Below are positions 29,806 to 38,139 of a DNA stretch of 64,000 nucleotides, one piece after another (position 1 is the first letter of the stretch; each line of letters starts with the position of its first letter). A program made the position numbers and the translations under genes. The notes below the pieces were generated by a model. It had not been told where the DNA came from and did not search any database. It was given only the letters and a program-made list of their open reading frames with translations. Source of the stretch: an uncultured Gemmatimonadales bacterium (GTDB taxonomy: Bacteria; Gemmatimonadota; Gemmatimonadetes; Longimicrobiales; Gaopeijiaceae); contig CAWELD010000003.1 of the NCBI GenBank assembly GCA_963809895.1, positions 2,272,001-2,336,000 on the forward strand. The letters run 5' to 3'.

Positions 29806-30141
29806 ATGGACCACATGCGCTACAACCTGGCCCGCTGGTTGGGGATTCCCCTGACGGCGGTCCTTCTGGCCCTCACCGTGGCCCTGCCCCTCATGGAGAG
29901 CAGGGATTGGCGTGGTGGGCCCGTGCTGGAGGCCAAGCACGACCCGGCGCACTGCATCCAGGGCCACGACCACCGCCTGTGCATCCTGGGCGGGGTCCTG
30001 CGCACGCTCCTCCCGGCGAGCCGTCCAAGGCCGCTTCCCGAGACCCAGGTGGAAGGCCTGCGCGAGGCGCGCTGGGCCGAGATTCCCGGCCGCATCCTCC
30101 ACCCGCTCACCCGCTCCCGGGCCCCTCCCTTCTCGCTCTGA
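29806..30141 (+). CDS. Putative metal-sensing ribosome-arrest leader peptide (TM + His/Cys cluster + RAPP; CruR/DUF2946-like architecture)
   Basis: 111 aa: hydrophobic LARWLGIPLTAVLLALTVALPL, HDPAHCIQGHDHRLC, C-terminal RSRAPPFSL. Lies upstream of metal uptake genes. Alternative start at 29815. Confidence 0.7.
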   Translation: MDHMRYNLARWLGIPLTAVLLALTVALPLMESRDWRGGPVLEAKHDPAHCIQGHDHRLCILGGVLRTLLPASRPRPLPETQVEGLREARWAEIPGRILHPLTRSRAPPFSL

Positions 30142-30252
30142 ACCCAGCTCCATGCGCCGCCGTCTCGCCGATCCGCGGACGGGCGGTCGCCGTGCAGGCC
30201 CATGGGGGCCCTGCACGCGCTGAACCCAGAACCGAGATGTGGAGGTCTACGC

Positions 30253-31578
30253 ATGCGCGTTCCCCAGAGATGGCTCGCGGGCACCGTGGTGGTGCTCGCC
30301 GTCATCACGACGTTCCCCACCCCCGGGGCAGCCCAACAGCAGGCTGCCGATTCGGTGGCCGCCCGCCTGGCCCGCCTCCAGGCCCGGGTCGACAGCCTCG
30401 AGGCCCTCGTCCGCCGGCTCCAGGCCACCGGTCAGGAGGAGGCGGCCCAGAGCGCCGCCGAGCAACTCCGCGCCGCGGCCCGTGCCGCGGCCGCCGCGGG
30501 CGCCGCCCCCGACACCACCACCAGCGCCCAGGGAGGCCAGACCTTCGTCGGGCGCCAGCGCTCGCTTCAGGCGCTGAATCCCGAGATCAGCGCCACCGGT
30601 GATTTTCTCGTCCAGGCCGACAAGGACGACACCAACGCCGACAACTTCATCGCGCGGGAGTTCGAGTTTTCCTTCCAGGCCTCGCTGGACCCCTACTCCC
30701 GGGCCAAGATCTTCGTGAGCAACCACCGCCCAGGCGGTGAGCTGGTCCCCTTCGCCACCGATGACGGAGGCGAGGAGGAGGGCGGCACCGCCGTGGAGGA
30801 GGGCTACGTGCAGTGGGTGAACCTGCCCGGCGGAACCAGCCTCACCCTGGGACGCTTCTTCCAGCGCTTCGGCACCCTCAACCGCTGGCACGGCCACGCG
30901 CTGCCCTTCCAGACCCGCTCGCTCCCCCATCTGGCCTTCCTCGGTGAGGAGTCTCTCACCCAGACGGGAGCGTCGCTTTACTGGCTGGTCCCGGTGCACG
31001 GGGGCGGGACGTACGAGACCTGGCTCGAGGTGACCCGGTCCGAGAACGCGGCCCTCTTCGGGGACAACCACGGGCTGTCGGTCCTGGGACACGTCAACGG
31101 CTTCTGGCAGCTCACCGACGCCACCGATCTGGATGTGGGCCTCTCCTGGATCAACGGCACCCGGGAGTCCGGCGACGCCCTCATGGACCAGAATCTCTAC
31201 GGGGCGGAGATGGCCTTCACCTGGAGGCCTCCGAACCGCAGCCGCTACCGCGACTTCACCTTCCGCGGTGGCGTCATGGTCAAGGATCCGTCGTCGGCGA
31301 CCGTGAACGCGCGCAGCGCCAAGGGCGTCTGGAGCATGGCCGAGATGCGCCTGTCGCCGAGCTGGCTGGTGGGCGGACGCTACGACTGGGTCGAGAATCC
31401 GGACGACCCGGACCAGACCGCATCGCTGGTCTCGCCCACGCTCACCTGGTGGCAGAGCGAGTTCGTCCGCGTGCGCGCCGAATACGACTTCCTGCGCCGC
31501 TCCTTCGGCGAAGACACCGGCAAGCTCGTCATGCAGGTGACCTTCGCCATGGGCCCCCACAAGCACGAGAACTACTGA
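30253..31578 (+). CDS. Outer-membrane beta-barrel protein of the metal (Zn-type) uptake operon
   Basis: GGAGGT RBS, signal peptide, coiled coil, LNPEISATGDF, LNRWHGH, WWQSEFVRVRAEY and His-containing C-terminus MGPHKHENY. Confidence 0.8.
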   Translation: MRVPQRWLAGTVVVLAVITTFPTPGAAQQQAADSVAARLARLQARVDSLEALVRRLQATGQEEAAQSAAEQLRAAARAAAAAGAAPDTTTSAQGGQTFVGRQRSLQALNPEISATGDFLVQADKDDTNADNFIAREFEFSFQASLDPYSRAKIFVSNHRPGGELVPFATDDGGEEEGGTAVEEGYVQWVNLPGGTSLTLGRFFQRFGTLNRWHGHALPFQTRSLPHLAFLGEESLTQTGASLYWLVPVHGGGTYETWLEVTRSENAALFGDNHGLSVLGHVNGFWQLTDATDLDVGLSWINGTRESGDALMDQNLYGAEMAFTWRPPNRSRYRDFTFRGGVMVKDPSSATVNARSAKGVWSMAEMRLSPSWLVGGRYDWVENPDDPDQTASLVSPTLTWWQSEFVRVRAEYDFLRRSFGEDTGKLVMQVTFAMGPHKHENY

Positions 31579-31627
31579 CCCCCTGGAGGGCCCCACGGCG
31601 GGCCGTCCCAGTCACGGAGACGACATC

Positions 31628-32704
31628 ATGAAAACGCATCTCGTCACAGGTCTGGCCTTGATGATCGGCGCGCTGAGCGCTGGTCCGGCCCGGGCCGACA
31701 CGCACCCCGACGGCGACGGGCCCGCGCGCTTCGCGCCGGTGCGGGTGGTGGCCACCCTTCCGGTCTACGGAAGCATCGTCAAGGAGATCGGCGGCAACGA
31801 GGTGGAGGTGACCTCCATCGCCGACCCCGACGAGGATCCCCATTTCGTGCGGCCGAAGCCCAGCTTCGCGCTGGAGCTGCGCAGGGCCGACATGTTCATC
31901 ACCACCGGACTGGACCTGGAGCTGTGGGCTCCTTCGCTCCTGGACAAGGCGGGCAACAGCAAGGTCATCGAAGGCGGCCCGGGCTACGTCACCGCGTACA
32001 CGGGAATCAAGTTGCTGGACGTGCCCTCGGCGGTGGACCGCAGCCAGGGAGACGTGCACATCTACGGCAATCCCCACGTCCACACCGACCCGCTGCGCGC
32101 CCTCCAGGTGGCGCGCAACATCACCACCGGCCTCAACCGGGTGGCCCCCGATCGCTCCCAGACCTGGAACGACGGCCTGGCGCGTTTCCAGGATCGGATC
32201 TACCGGGCCACCTTCGGCGACCGTCTCGTGGAGCTCATCGGCGGCGAGACGCTGGAGCAGCTGGCGCTGGCGGGCAACCTGCACAGCTTCCTCGACGGCC
32301 AACAGTACGAAGGCCATCCGCTGTCGCAGGAGCTGGGTGGCTGGCTCGGCAAGATGGCGCCCTATCGGGGCCGTCACATGATCTGCTACCACAAGAACTG
32401 GGCCTACCTGCAGGAGCGCTTCGACCTCACCTGCACCGAGTACGTGGAGGCCAAGCCGGGCATCCCCCCGACACCACGCCACGTGGCGCGACTCATCGAG
32501 CTGATGCAGGCGCAGAACATCAAGGTCATCCTGGCCGCGTCGTACTTCAGCCGGAACAAGGTGGAAACCGTGGCGGACCGCGGCGGCGCGACGGCGGTCA
32601 TCGTGCCCATGGAGCCCGGCGGCAGCGTGAACACCCCCGACTACTTCTCGTTGGTGGACCACTGGGTCGATGGCCTGACCACGGCGTTCGCCGGCACCTC
32701 CTGA
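31628..32704 (+). CDS. znuA: Metal ABC transporter substrate-binding protein (ZnuA/TroA family)
   Basis: VVATLP, DPHFV, GNPHVHTDP, YHKNWAYL and EAKPGIPPTPRH. Confidence 0.88.
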   Translation: MKTHLVTGLALMIGALSAGPARADTHPDGDGPARFAPVRVVATLPVYGSIVKEIGGNEVEVTSIADPDEDPHFVRPKPSFALELRRADMFITTGLDLELWAPSLLDKAGNSKVIEGGPGYVTAYTGIKLLDVPSAVDRSQGDVHIYGNPHVHTDPLRALQVARNITTGLNRVAPDRSQTWNDGLARFQDRIYRATFGDRLVELIGGETLEQLALAGNLHSFLDGQQYEGHPLSQELGGWLGKMAPYRGRHMICYHKNWAYLQERFDLTCTEYVEAKPGIPPTPRHVARLIELMQAQNIKVILAASYFSRNKVETVADRGGATAVIVPMEPGGSVNTPDYFSLVDHWVDGLTTAFAGTS

Positions 32705-32725
32705 CCCGCTGACACGGACCGTCCC

Positions 32726-33574
32726 ATGCTCCAGCTCATGATCACCCCGTTGTGCGCGTCCATGGTCATCCTGTTGATCCACGCGTACTTCGGGCTCCAC
32801 GTCATCCAGCGGGAAGTGATCTTCGTGGACCTCGCCCTGGCCCAGATCGCGGCGCTGGGCGGCACGGTGGCCTTTCTCCTGGGATCTCAGCCGGGCTCGG
32901 CCTCGGCCTACGTCTGGAGCTTCGGCTTCACCCTTCTGGGCGCGCTCATCTTCTCGTGGACGCGCCTCGAGGACTCCCCCGTTCCCCAGGAGGCCCTCAT
33001 CGGCATCACCTACGTGGTGGCGTCGGCCGCGGTGATCCTGGTGTCGAGCTTCACCGCCGAGGGCGCCGAGCACCTGCAGGAGACGCTCACGGGATCGCTC
33101 ATCTGGGTGACCTGGCCCACGGTGTTCAAGATCGCCGCGCTCTACGCAGCCGTGGGACTGTTCCACTTCTTCCTCAGGCGGAAGTTCCTGGCCATCTCCT
33201 TCCACCCGGAGCAGGAGCGCCACATCCACCTGTGGGATTTCATCTTCTACGCCACCTTCGGGATCGTGATCACGGCGGCCGTGCAGATCGCCGGCGTGCT
33301 CATGGTGTTCAGCTCGCTGGTCATCCCGGCGGTGGTGGCCTTCTTCTACGTGCGCACCTTCCGGGCGGCCATCCTCATGGCCTTCGCCACCGGCACGGTG
33401 GCGGTCTTCCTGGGACTGGCGGTGTCGTTCAGCATGGACCTGACCACCGGACCGGTCATCGTGTGCGCCTTCGGATTCGTGCTCCTGGTGGCGCTCCTCT
33501 TCCGCAAGCGCTTCGGCGTGGTGCTCAAGGAAGGCGACCGCCGGGGCCTGACGGTGCGGGGCTTCGAGATCTGA
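32726..33574 (+). CDS. znuB: Metal ABC transporter permease (ZnuB/ABC-3 family)
   Basis: GLHVIQREVIFVDLALAQIAALG, AGVLMVFSSLVIPA and DLTTGPVIV. Confidence 0.88.
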   Translation: MLQLMITPLCASMVILLIHAYFGLHVIQREVIFVDLALAQIAALGGTVAFLLGSQPGSASAYVWSFGFTLLGALIFSWTRLEDSPVPQEALIGITYVVASAAVILVSSFTAEGAEHLQETLTGSLIWVTWPTVFKIAALYAAVGLFHFFLRRKFLAISFHPEQERHIHLWDFIFYATFGIVITAAVQIAGVLMVFSSLVIPAVVAFFYVRTFRAAILMAFATGTVAVFLGLAVSFSMDLTTGPVIVCAFGFVLLVALLFRKRFGVVLKEGDRRGLTVRGFEI

Positions 33575-33599
33575 CGAACGCGACTGCGGCGACCATGGT

Positions 33600-33632
33600 G
33601 CCCGCCCGCCCGCATCGACGCGGCGGGCGGGC
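33600..33632. terminator. GC-rich hairpin between convergent genes
   Basis: 11-bp stem GCCCGCCCGCC/GGCGGGCGGGC; no U tract. Confidence 0.45.
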
Positions 33633-33637
33633 CCGGC

Positions 33638-34537
33638 TCACCCGGTCCGGAAGCTCCGCAACAGCCTCAGGTTCCCCAGATCCGCGGCCACCGGGTCGTC
33701 GCCCTTGGGCGTTTCCAGGACCTTGGGGACGGTGGCGAAACGCGGGTCCGTCATCAGACGCCTGAAGGGAGCCTCACCCAGCGTTCCCTGTCCGATGCCG
33801 GCGTGGCGGTCCCTGCGCGACCCCAGCGGATGCACCGAGTCGTTGAGGTGGAAGAGCCCCACGCTCTCCAGCGGCAGGTGGTCCTGGAAGGCCATCCACA
33901 CGCCCTCCCAGTCGTCCACGAGGTCGTAGCCGGCGGCGTAGGCGTGACAGGTGTCGACGCACACGCCCACGCGAGCACGCAGGGGCTCGCGCACGCCCGC
34001 GAGGATGGTCGCCAGATCCTGGAAGCGTCCGCCCACGCTGGTCCCCGAGCCGGCCGTGAGCTCCAGCAGCACCCGGGCGGCGCCGGGAACCGCCTCCAGC
34101 GCCCGTTCCACGCCCTCCGCATTGCGCGCGAGACCCGATGCGTGGTCACCGTCGGTGGCGTTGCCCGGATGGGTGACCAGGAAATCGAGCTCCAGCCTGG
34201 CGCATCGATGGAGCTCGGCCTGGAAGCTGGCCAGCGACCGGCGCCACAGGACGGGGTCGGGGCTCGCCAGGTTGATCAGGTAGGAGTCGTGGCTGCCGCA
34301 CACCACCATGCGCTGGCGTGCACGCTCGGCCGCAAAACGCTCCACCATGTCGTCGCCGAGCCGTGGCTCGGCCCAGCGGTTGGGCTGCTTGGTGAAGAGC
34401 TGGAGCACGACCGCGTCGATGTCCCGCGCCCGGCCCGGAGCGCGGTCCACACCCCCGGCGGCAGACACGTGGGCACCGAGCTCGTCTGCCGGAGCAGAAG
34501 GGATCGCGGCGTCCGGTGGAGAATTCGTCACTGGCAT
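33638..34537 (-). CDS. nfo: Endonuclease IV
   Basis: LGAHVS, HDSYLINL, HPG, LLELTAG, CVDTCH, FHLNDS, DRHAGIG and VLETPK. Start approximate. Confidence 0.92.
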   Translation of the reverse strand: MPVTNSPPDAAIPSAPADELGAHVSAAGGVDRAPGRARDIDAVVLQLFTKQPNRWAEPRLGDDMVERFAAERARQRMVVCGSHDSYLINLASPDPVLWRRSLASFQAELHRCARLELDFLVTHPGNATDGDHASGLARNAEGVERALEAVPGAARVLLELTAGSGTSVGGRFQDLATILAGVREPLRARVGVCVDTCHAYAAGYDLVDDWEGVWMAFQDHLPLESVGLFHLNDSVHPLGSRRDRHAGIGQGTLGEAPFRRLMTDPRFATVPKVLETPKGDDPVAADLGNLRLLRSFRTG

Positions 34538-34747
34538 CCTGCCCGAAAGGAGGTCATTCGAGTCGGCAAATATTGCCGGCCGTGGTACGAGATTGCCGGC
34601 CGCGGCCCGGAAAGCCCCCGGGAATGCGGCCAAACCCGGGGGCGGTCAGCCGGCACGCGTCTTGAGGGGTGAGCAGGTCCCGATCCGAAAAGCGGATCAC
34701 AGAGCAGCCCCAACCCCCAGGCCACACGAACGCCGGAGGACCCCCCG

Positions 34748-35188
34748 ATGCGCCCATCGTTCCGTCTCTGCGCTGACGGCTTCATCGATCTTCGCGATCG
34801 ACGCCGTGTCAAGACTCCGGGGGCCTTCGAATCCAGGGTCGAGCCGGCCGTGGAGTCCGAGGCCGTGGCCTTCCTTCTGTCCCACAGCTTCCCGGGCCAC
34901 CGGCGCGTCGTTCGACCGCTTTCCGAGTCGAACCGCCGGCATCTGCGCCTGGCCATGTGGGCGGACTCGGTCCAGGAGCGCATGAACCTCGCCGACCGGG
35001 TCTGGCGCAGCATCACGGAACCCGTGCCGCCGCCCCCCGAGGGCCGGAGCCCCATGCTCATCCAGGTCCTCCGGTACGGGGACCGCAGCTATCCCCTCTA
35101 TCTGGACGAACGCGTCACCCGGGTCATTCCCCCGGGCGGAGTGCCGGCGGAGCGAGACGCTCCGGCCCTGGACCTCAAGACCGCCTGA
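34748..35188 (+). CDS. Hypothetical protein
   Basis: GGAGGA RBS, GC3-rich coding pattern, fills the gap, hairpin downstream. Confidence 0.6.
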   Translation: MRPSFRLCADGFIDLRDRRRVKTPGAFESRVEPAVESEAVAFLLSHSFPGHRRVVRPLSESNRRHLRLAMWADSVQERMNLADRVWRSITEPVPPPPEGRSPMLIQVLRYGDRSYPLYLDERVTRVIPPGGVPAERDAPALDLKTA

Positions 35189-35213
35189 TCGTTCAGGCTC
35201 GAGGGGGATGGGA

Positions 35214-35248
35214 GGGGCGGACCGGTCTCGAGTGAGCCGGTCCGCCCC
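35214..35248. terminator. Hairpin between convergent genes
   Basis: 12-bp stem GGGGCGGACCGG/CCGGTCCGCCCC. Confidence 0.45.
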
Positions 35249-35301
35249 CCTGAATCGCTACTGGAGACGGGTCCGGGGGCCATGCCCACGGGCCCGTCCC
35301 G

Positions 35302-36690
35302 TCATTCCGGCAGCCCCGGCTCCGTCATGCCACGCACGTCGAGAGCCTCGTCGAGCTTCTCGGGAGGGAGCAGCCCCCGCTCCTTGACCACGTCCCGCAC
35401 CGAACGCCCCTCCCTGGCCGCCTGCTTGGCCACCTCCGACGCCTTGTCGTAGCCGATGAAGGGGTTCAGCGCCGTGGCGATGGAGGGGTTCTTTTCCAGC
35501 AGGTCGCGGCAGCGCTCCTCGTTGGCGGTGATACCCACCACGCAGCGGTCGGTGAACGCCTGACAGGCGCCGGCCAGCAGGTGGATCGACTCGAGGAGCG
35601 CCTGCGCCATCACCGGCATCATGACGTTGAGCTCGAAGTTCCCGCGCTGGCCGGCCACGGTGATGGTGGTGTGGTTTCCCATGACCCGGGCGCACACCAT
35701 CATGAGCGCCTCGCTCATCACCGGATTCACTTTGCCCGGCATGATGGAGCTTCCGGGCTGCACGGCGGGCAGCCGGATCTCCGAGATCCCCGAAGTGGGC
35801 CCCGACGAGAGCCAGCGCACGTCGTCGGCGATCTTCATGAGCCCCGTGGCCAGGGCGTTGAGCGCGCCCGAGGCGCTGACCACCGCGTCCTTCGCGGCCT
35901 GGGCCTCGAAGTGGTTCTCCGCCTCGTGGAAGTGCATGCCCGTGGCCTGCGCGAGCCGGGCGATGGTCTTGGCCGCGAAGCGCGGGTGCGTGTTGATGCC
36001 GGTCCCGGTGGCGGTGCCCCCCAGCGCCAGCTCCTCCAGCTCCTCTCCGGCGCGCCGCACCCGCGCCATCCCCCGGCGTACCTGCTGGGCATAGCCTCCG
36101 AACTCCTGGCCGAGCCGCACCGGGGTGGCATCCATGAGGTGCGTGCGCCCCGACTTGACGATGCCGTCGAAGGCGGCGGCCTTGGCCTCCAACGCCCTGG
36201 CCAGGGCCTCGAGAGCGGGCACCAGCTCCTCCTGGACGGCGACCCGAGCGGACACGTGCATGGCCGTGGGGATCACGTCGTTGGAGGACTGGCCGAAGTT
36301 CACGTGATCGTTGGGATGGACCGTGCCGTCACCCTCCAGCAGCTCGGTGGCTCGGTGCGCGATCACCTCGTTGGCGTTCATGTTCGTGGAGGTGCCGGAC
36401 CCGGTCTGGTAGATGTCCAGCACGAACTGGTCGTCCCAGCGCCCGTCGGCGACCTCGCCGGCCGCGGCCACGATGGCCTCGGCCACCGCCTCGTCCACGA
36501 GCCCCAACTCCCGGTTGGTTTCTGCGGCGGACCTCTTGATCAGGCCCAGCGCCTGGATGAAGCGCCGGCCGAAGCGCTGGCCGCTGATGGGGAAGTTCTC
36601 GAACGCCCGCTGGGTCTGGGCGGCGTAGAGCGCGTCGGCCGGGACCTTCACTTCGCCCAGCGAGTCCTTCTCGATGCGATAGTCGCTCAT
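35302..36690 (-). CDS. fumC: Class II fumarate hydratase
   Basis: QTGSGTSTNMNANEVI, GRTHLMDA and GSSIMPGKVNP. Confidence 0.93.
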   Translation of the reverse strand: MSDYRIEKDSLGEVKVPADALYAAQTQRAFENFPISGQRFGRRFIQALGLIKRSAAETNRELGLVDEAVAEAIVAAAGEVADGRWDDQFVLDIYQTGSGTSTNMNANEVIAHRATELLEGDGTVHPNDHVNFGQSSNDVIPTAMHVSARVAVQEELVPALEALARALEAKAAAFDGIVKSGRTHLMDATPVRLGQEFGGYAQQVRRGMARVRRAGEELEELALGGTATGTGINTHPRFAAKTIARLAQATGMHFHEAENHFEAQAAKDAVVSASGALNALATGLMKIADDVRWLSSGPTSGISEIRLPAVQPGSSIMPGKVNPVMSEALMMVCARVMGNHTTITVAGQRGNFELNVMMPVMAQALLESIHLLAGACQAFTDRCVVGITANEERCRDLLEKNPSIATALNPFIGYDKASEVAKQAAREGRSVRDVVKERGLLPPEKLDEALDVRGMTEPGLPE

Positions 36691-36795
36691 GATTCGACGA
36701 CCTTATTGCGTGAAGTCACGGAGGGTCGGACTCCTGAAAGTGCCGCGCCCGGCGACCGGGGTAAAGGCGGAGCGAGGGCGGACCCGCATACGGTC

Positions 36796-37431
36796 TCACG
36801 CCGCCGCGATGCTCAGCCACCAGAGGACGGCACCGCAGGCCAGCGGCACGGTGAGGTTGTCGTCGAGGCCCAACGGGAGCACCTCCACCGCGGCGGCGGC
36901 GAGCGCGGCCAGCGCCGCCGCCCCCAGACCCACCTGCGGCCACAGCACCAGGAGCGCGACCCCGATGAAGGTGGCGGTGCCCAGCACGCTCCCCTTGCCC
37001 AGTCTCGTGCGGCCGCGCGTCCGGCCCACCACGCTGGCCGCCGGATCGGCCAGCGCCAGCACGGTGAGGGCCGGGGTCGCCACGGTGGCGGAGAACGCGG
37101 ACCAGGTGCCCAGCGCGCCCACGACGAACCAGGTGGACGAAGCGACGTGGCCGGCCTCGCGGGGCGAAGCGAGCGAGGAAAAAACGCGAAAGAAGACCGT
37201 GTTCAACCGGCGAGACCTCAGGCGCACCCCATCGGCCAGCAGCGCCACGAGAGCCGCCACCGCCAGCCCCGTCACGGTCACCCGACGGTCCAGACCCAGA
37301 GCCGGCGGCAGGAAGGCCACCAGGAGTCCGAAGCAGGCGTGGAGCGCCCGCCTCCAGGGCTGGACGCCCTCGGTGCGGCGGACCAGGGCGTCGAGCTCGG
37401 GCTCCTCCACGAACCCATGGGTTGTGCTCAT
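36796..37431 (-). CDS. Polyprenol/diacylglycerol (phytol/dolichol-type) kinase family membrane protein
   Basis: RRALH, LADPAASVVG, KGSVLG and LDDNLTVP. Confidence 0.8.
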   Translation of the reverse strand: MSTTHGFVEEPELDALVRRTEGVQPWRRALHACFGLLVAFLPPALGLDRRVTVTGLAVAALVALLADGVRLRSRRLNTVFFRVFSSLASPREAGHVASSTWFVVGALGTWSAFSATVATPALTVLALADPAASVVGRTRGRTRLGKGSVLGTATFIGVALLVLWPQVGLGAAALAALAAAAVEVLPLGLDDNLTVPLACGAVLWWLSIAAA

Positions 37432-37496
37432 GGTCCGACAAGGTAGAGCTTCCCGACGAGGCCTGACCACCGCCGTCCTCGAGATGGACACCGCAT

Positions 37497-37540
37497 CGTT
37501 ACAGAACCGTCACCGAACCCCGCTGGCCCTGGGGTAGACT
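37497..37540 (+). promoter_or_regulatory. Putative Pho-box-like tandem repeat and -10 element for the PAP2 gene
   Basis: CGTTACAGAAC CGTCACCGAAC (11-bp units, 9/11 identical); TAGACT at 37535-37540. Confidence 0.5.
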
Positions 37541-37590
37541 GGACGCGAGCGGGGCGCTCACCGCTCCGCCCCCCCGGCGGGAGGTGATAC

Positions 37591-38115
37591 ATGACCACAT
37601 GGATTCTGCGCCTGGGAGCCTTCGACGAGCGGCTCCTGCAGCTGGTCGTCGACCGGCGACACCCGCGGCTCGACGCGTTCATGCGCGCGGTGACCCGGCT
37701 CGCCGACTGGCCGGTGGCCGTCGCCATGACGCTGACGGTGGCTTTCGGCGCCCTGCCCGGCCTGCAGTCCGCAGGCGTGCGCGCGGCGTGGACGCTGGCC
37801 CTCGGTCACGCCGCCGTGGAGGTGCTCAAGCGCGTCTTCACCCGCGAGCGGCCCCGGCTGCCCGTGGGGATCGGATGGCTGGTGGGGGTGCCCGACCGCT
37901 TCAGCTTCCCCAGCGGCCACGCCACGGCCGGCATGTCCATGGCGCTGCCCCTGGCGCTGGCGCTGCCCGTTCCCGTAGGCGCGGCGGTCCTGGCGCTCGG
38001 CGTGCTGGTGGGCGTCTCCCGCTGCTATCTCGGGGTGCACTACCCCGGTGACGTGGCCGCCGGCTGGGCGCTGTCGGCCACGATCCTGTCGGCAGGCGTC
38101 GCCCTGGGGCTCTGA
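37591..38115 (+). CDS. PAP2-family phosphatase
   Basis: KRVFTRERP, SFPSGH and SRCYLGVHYPGD; GGAGGT RBS. Confidence 0.92.
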   Translation: MTTWILRLGAFDERLLQLVVDRRHPRLDAFMRAVTRLADWPVAVAMTLTVAFGALPGLQSAGVRAAWTLALGHAAVEVLKRVFTRERPRLPVGIGWLVGVPDRFSFPSGHATAGMSMALPLALALPVPVGAAVLALGVLVGVSRCYLGVHYPGDVAAGWALSATILSAGVALGL

Positions 38116-38139
38116 CCCGGACCGTCTACACCCGGCGAC

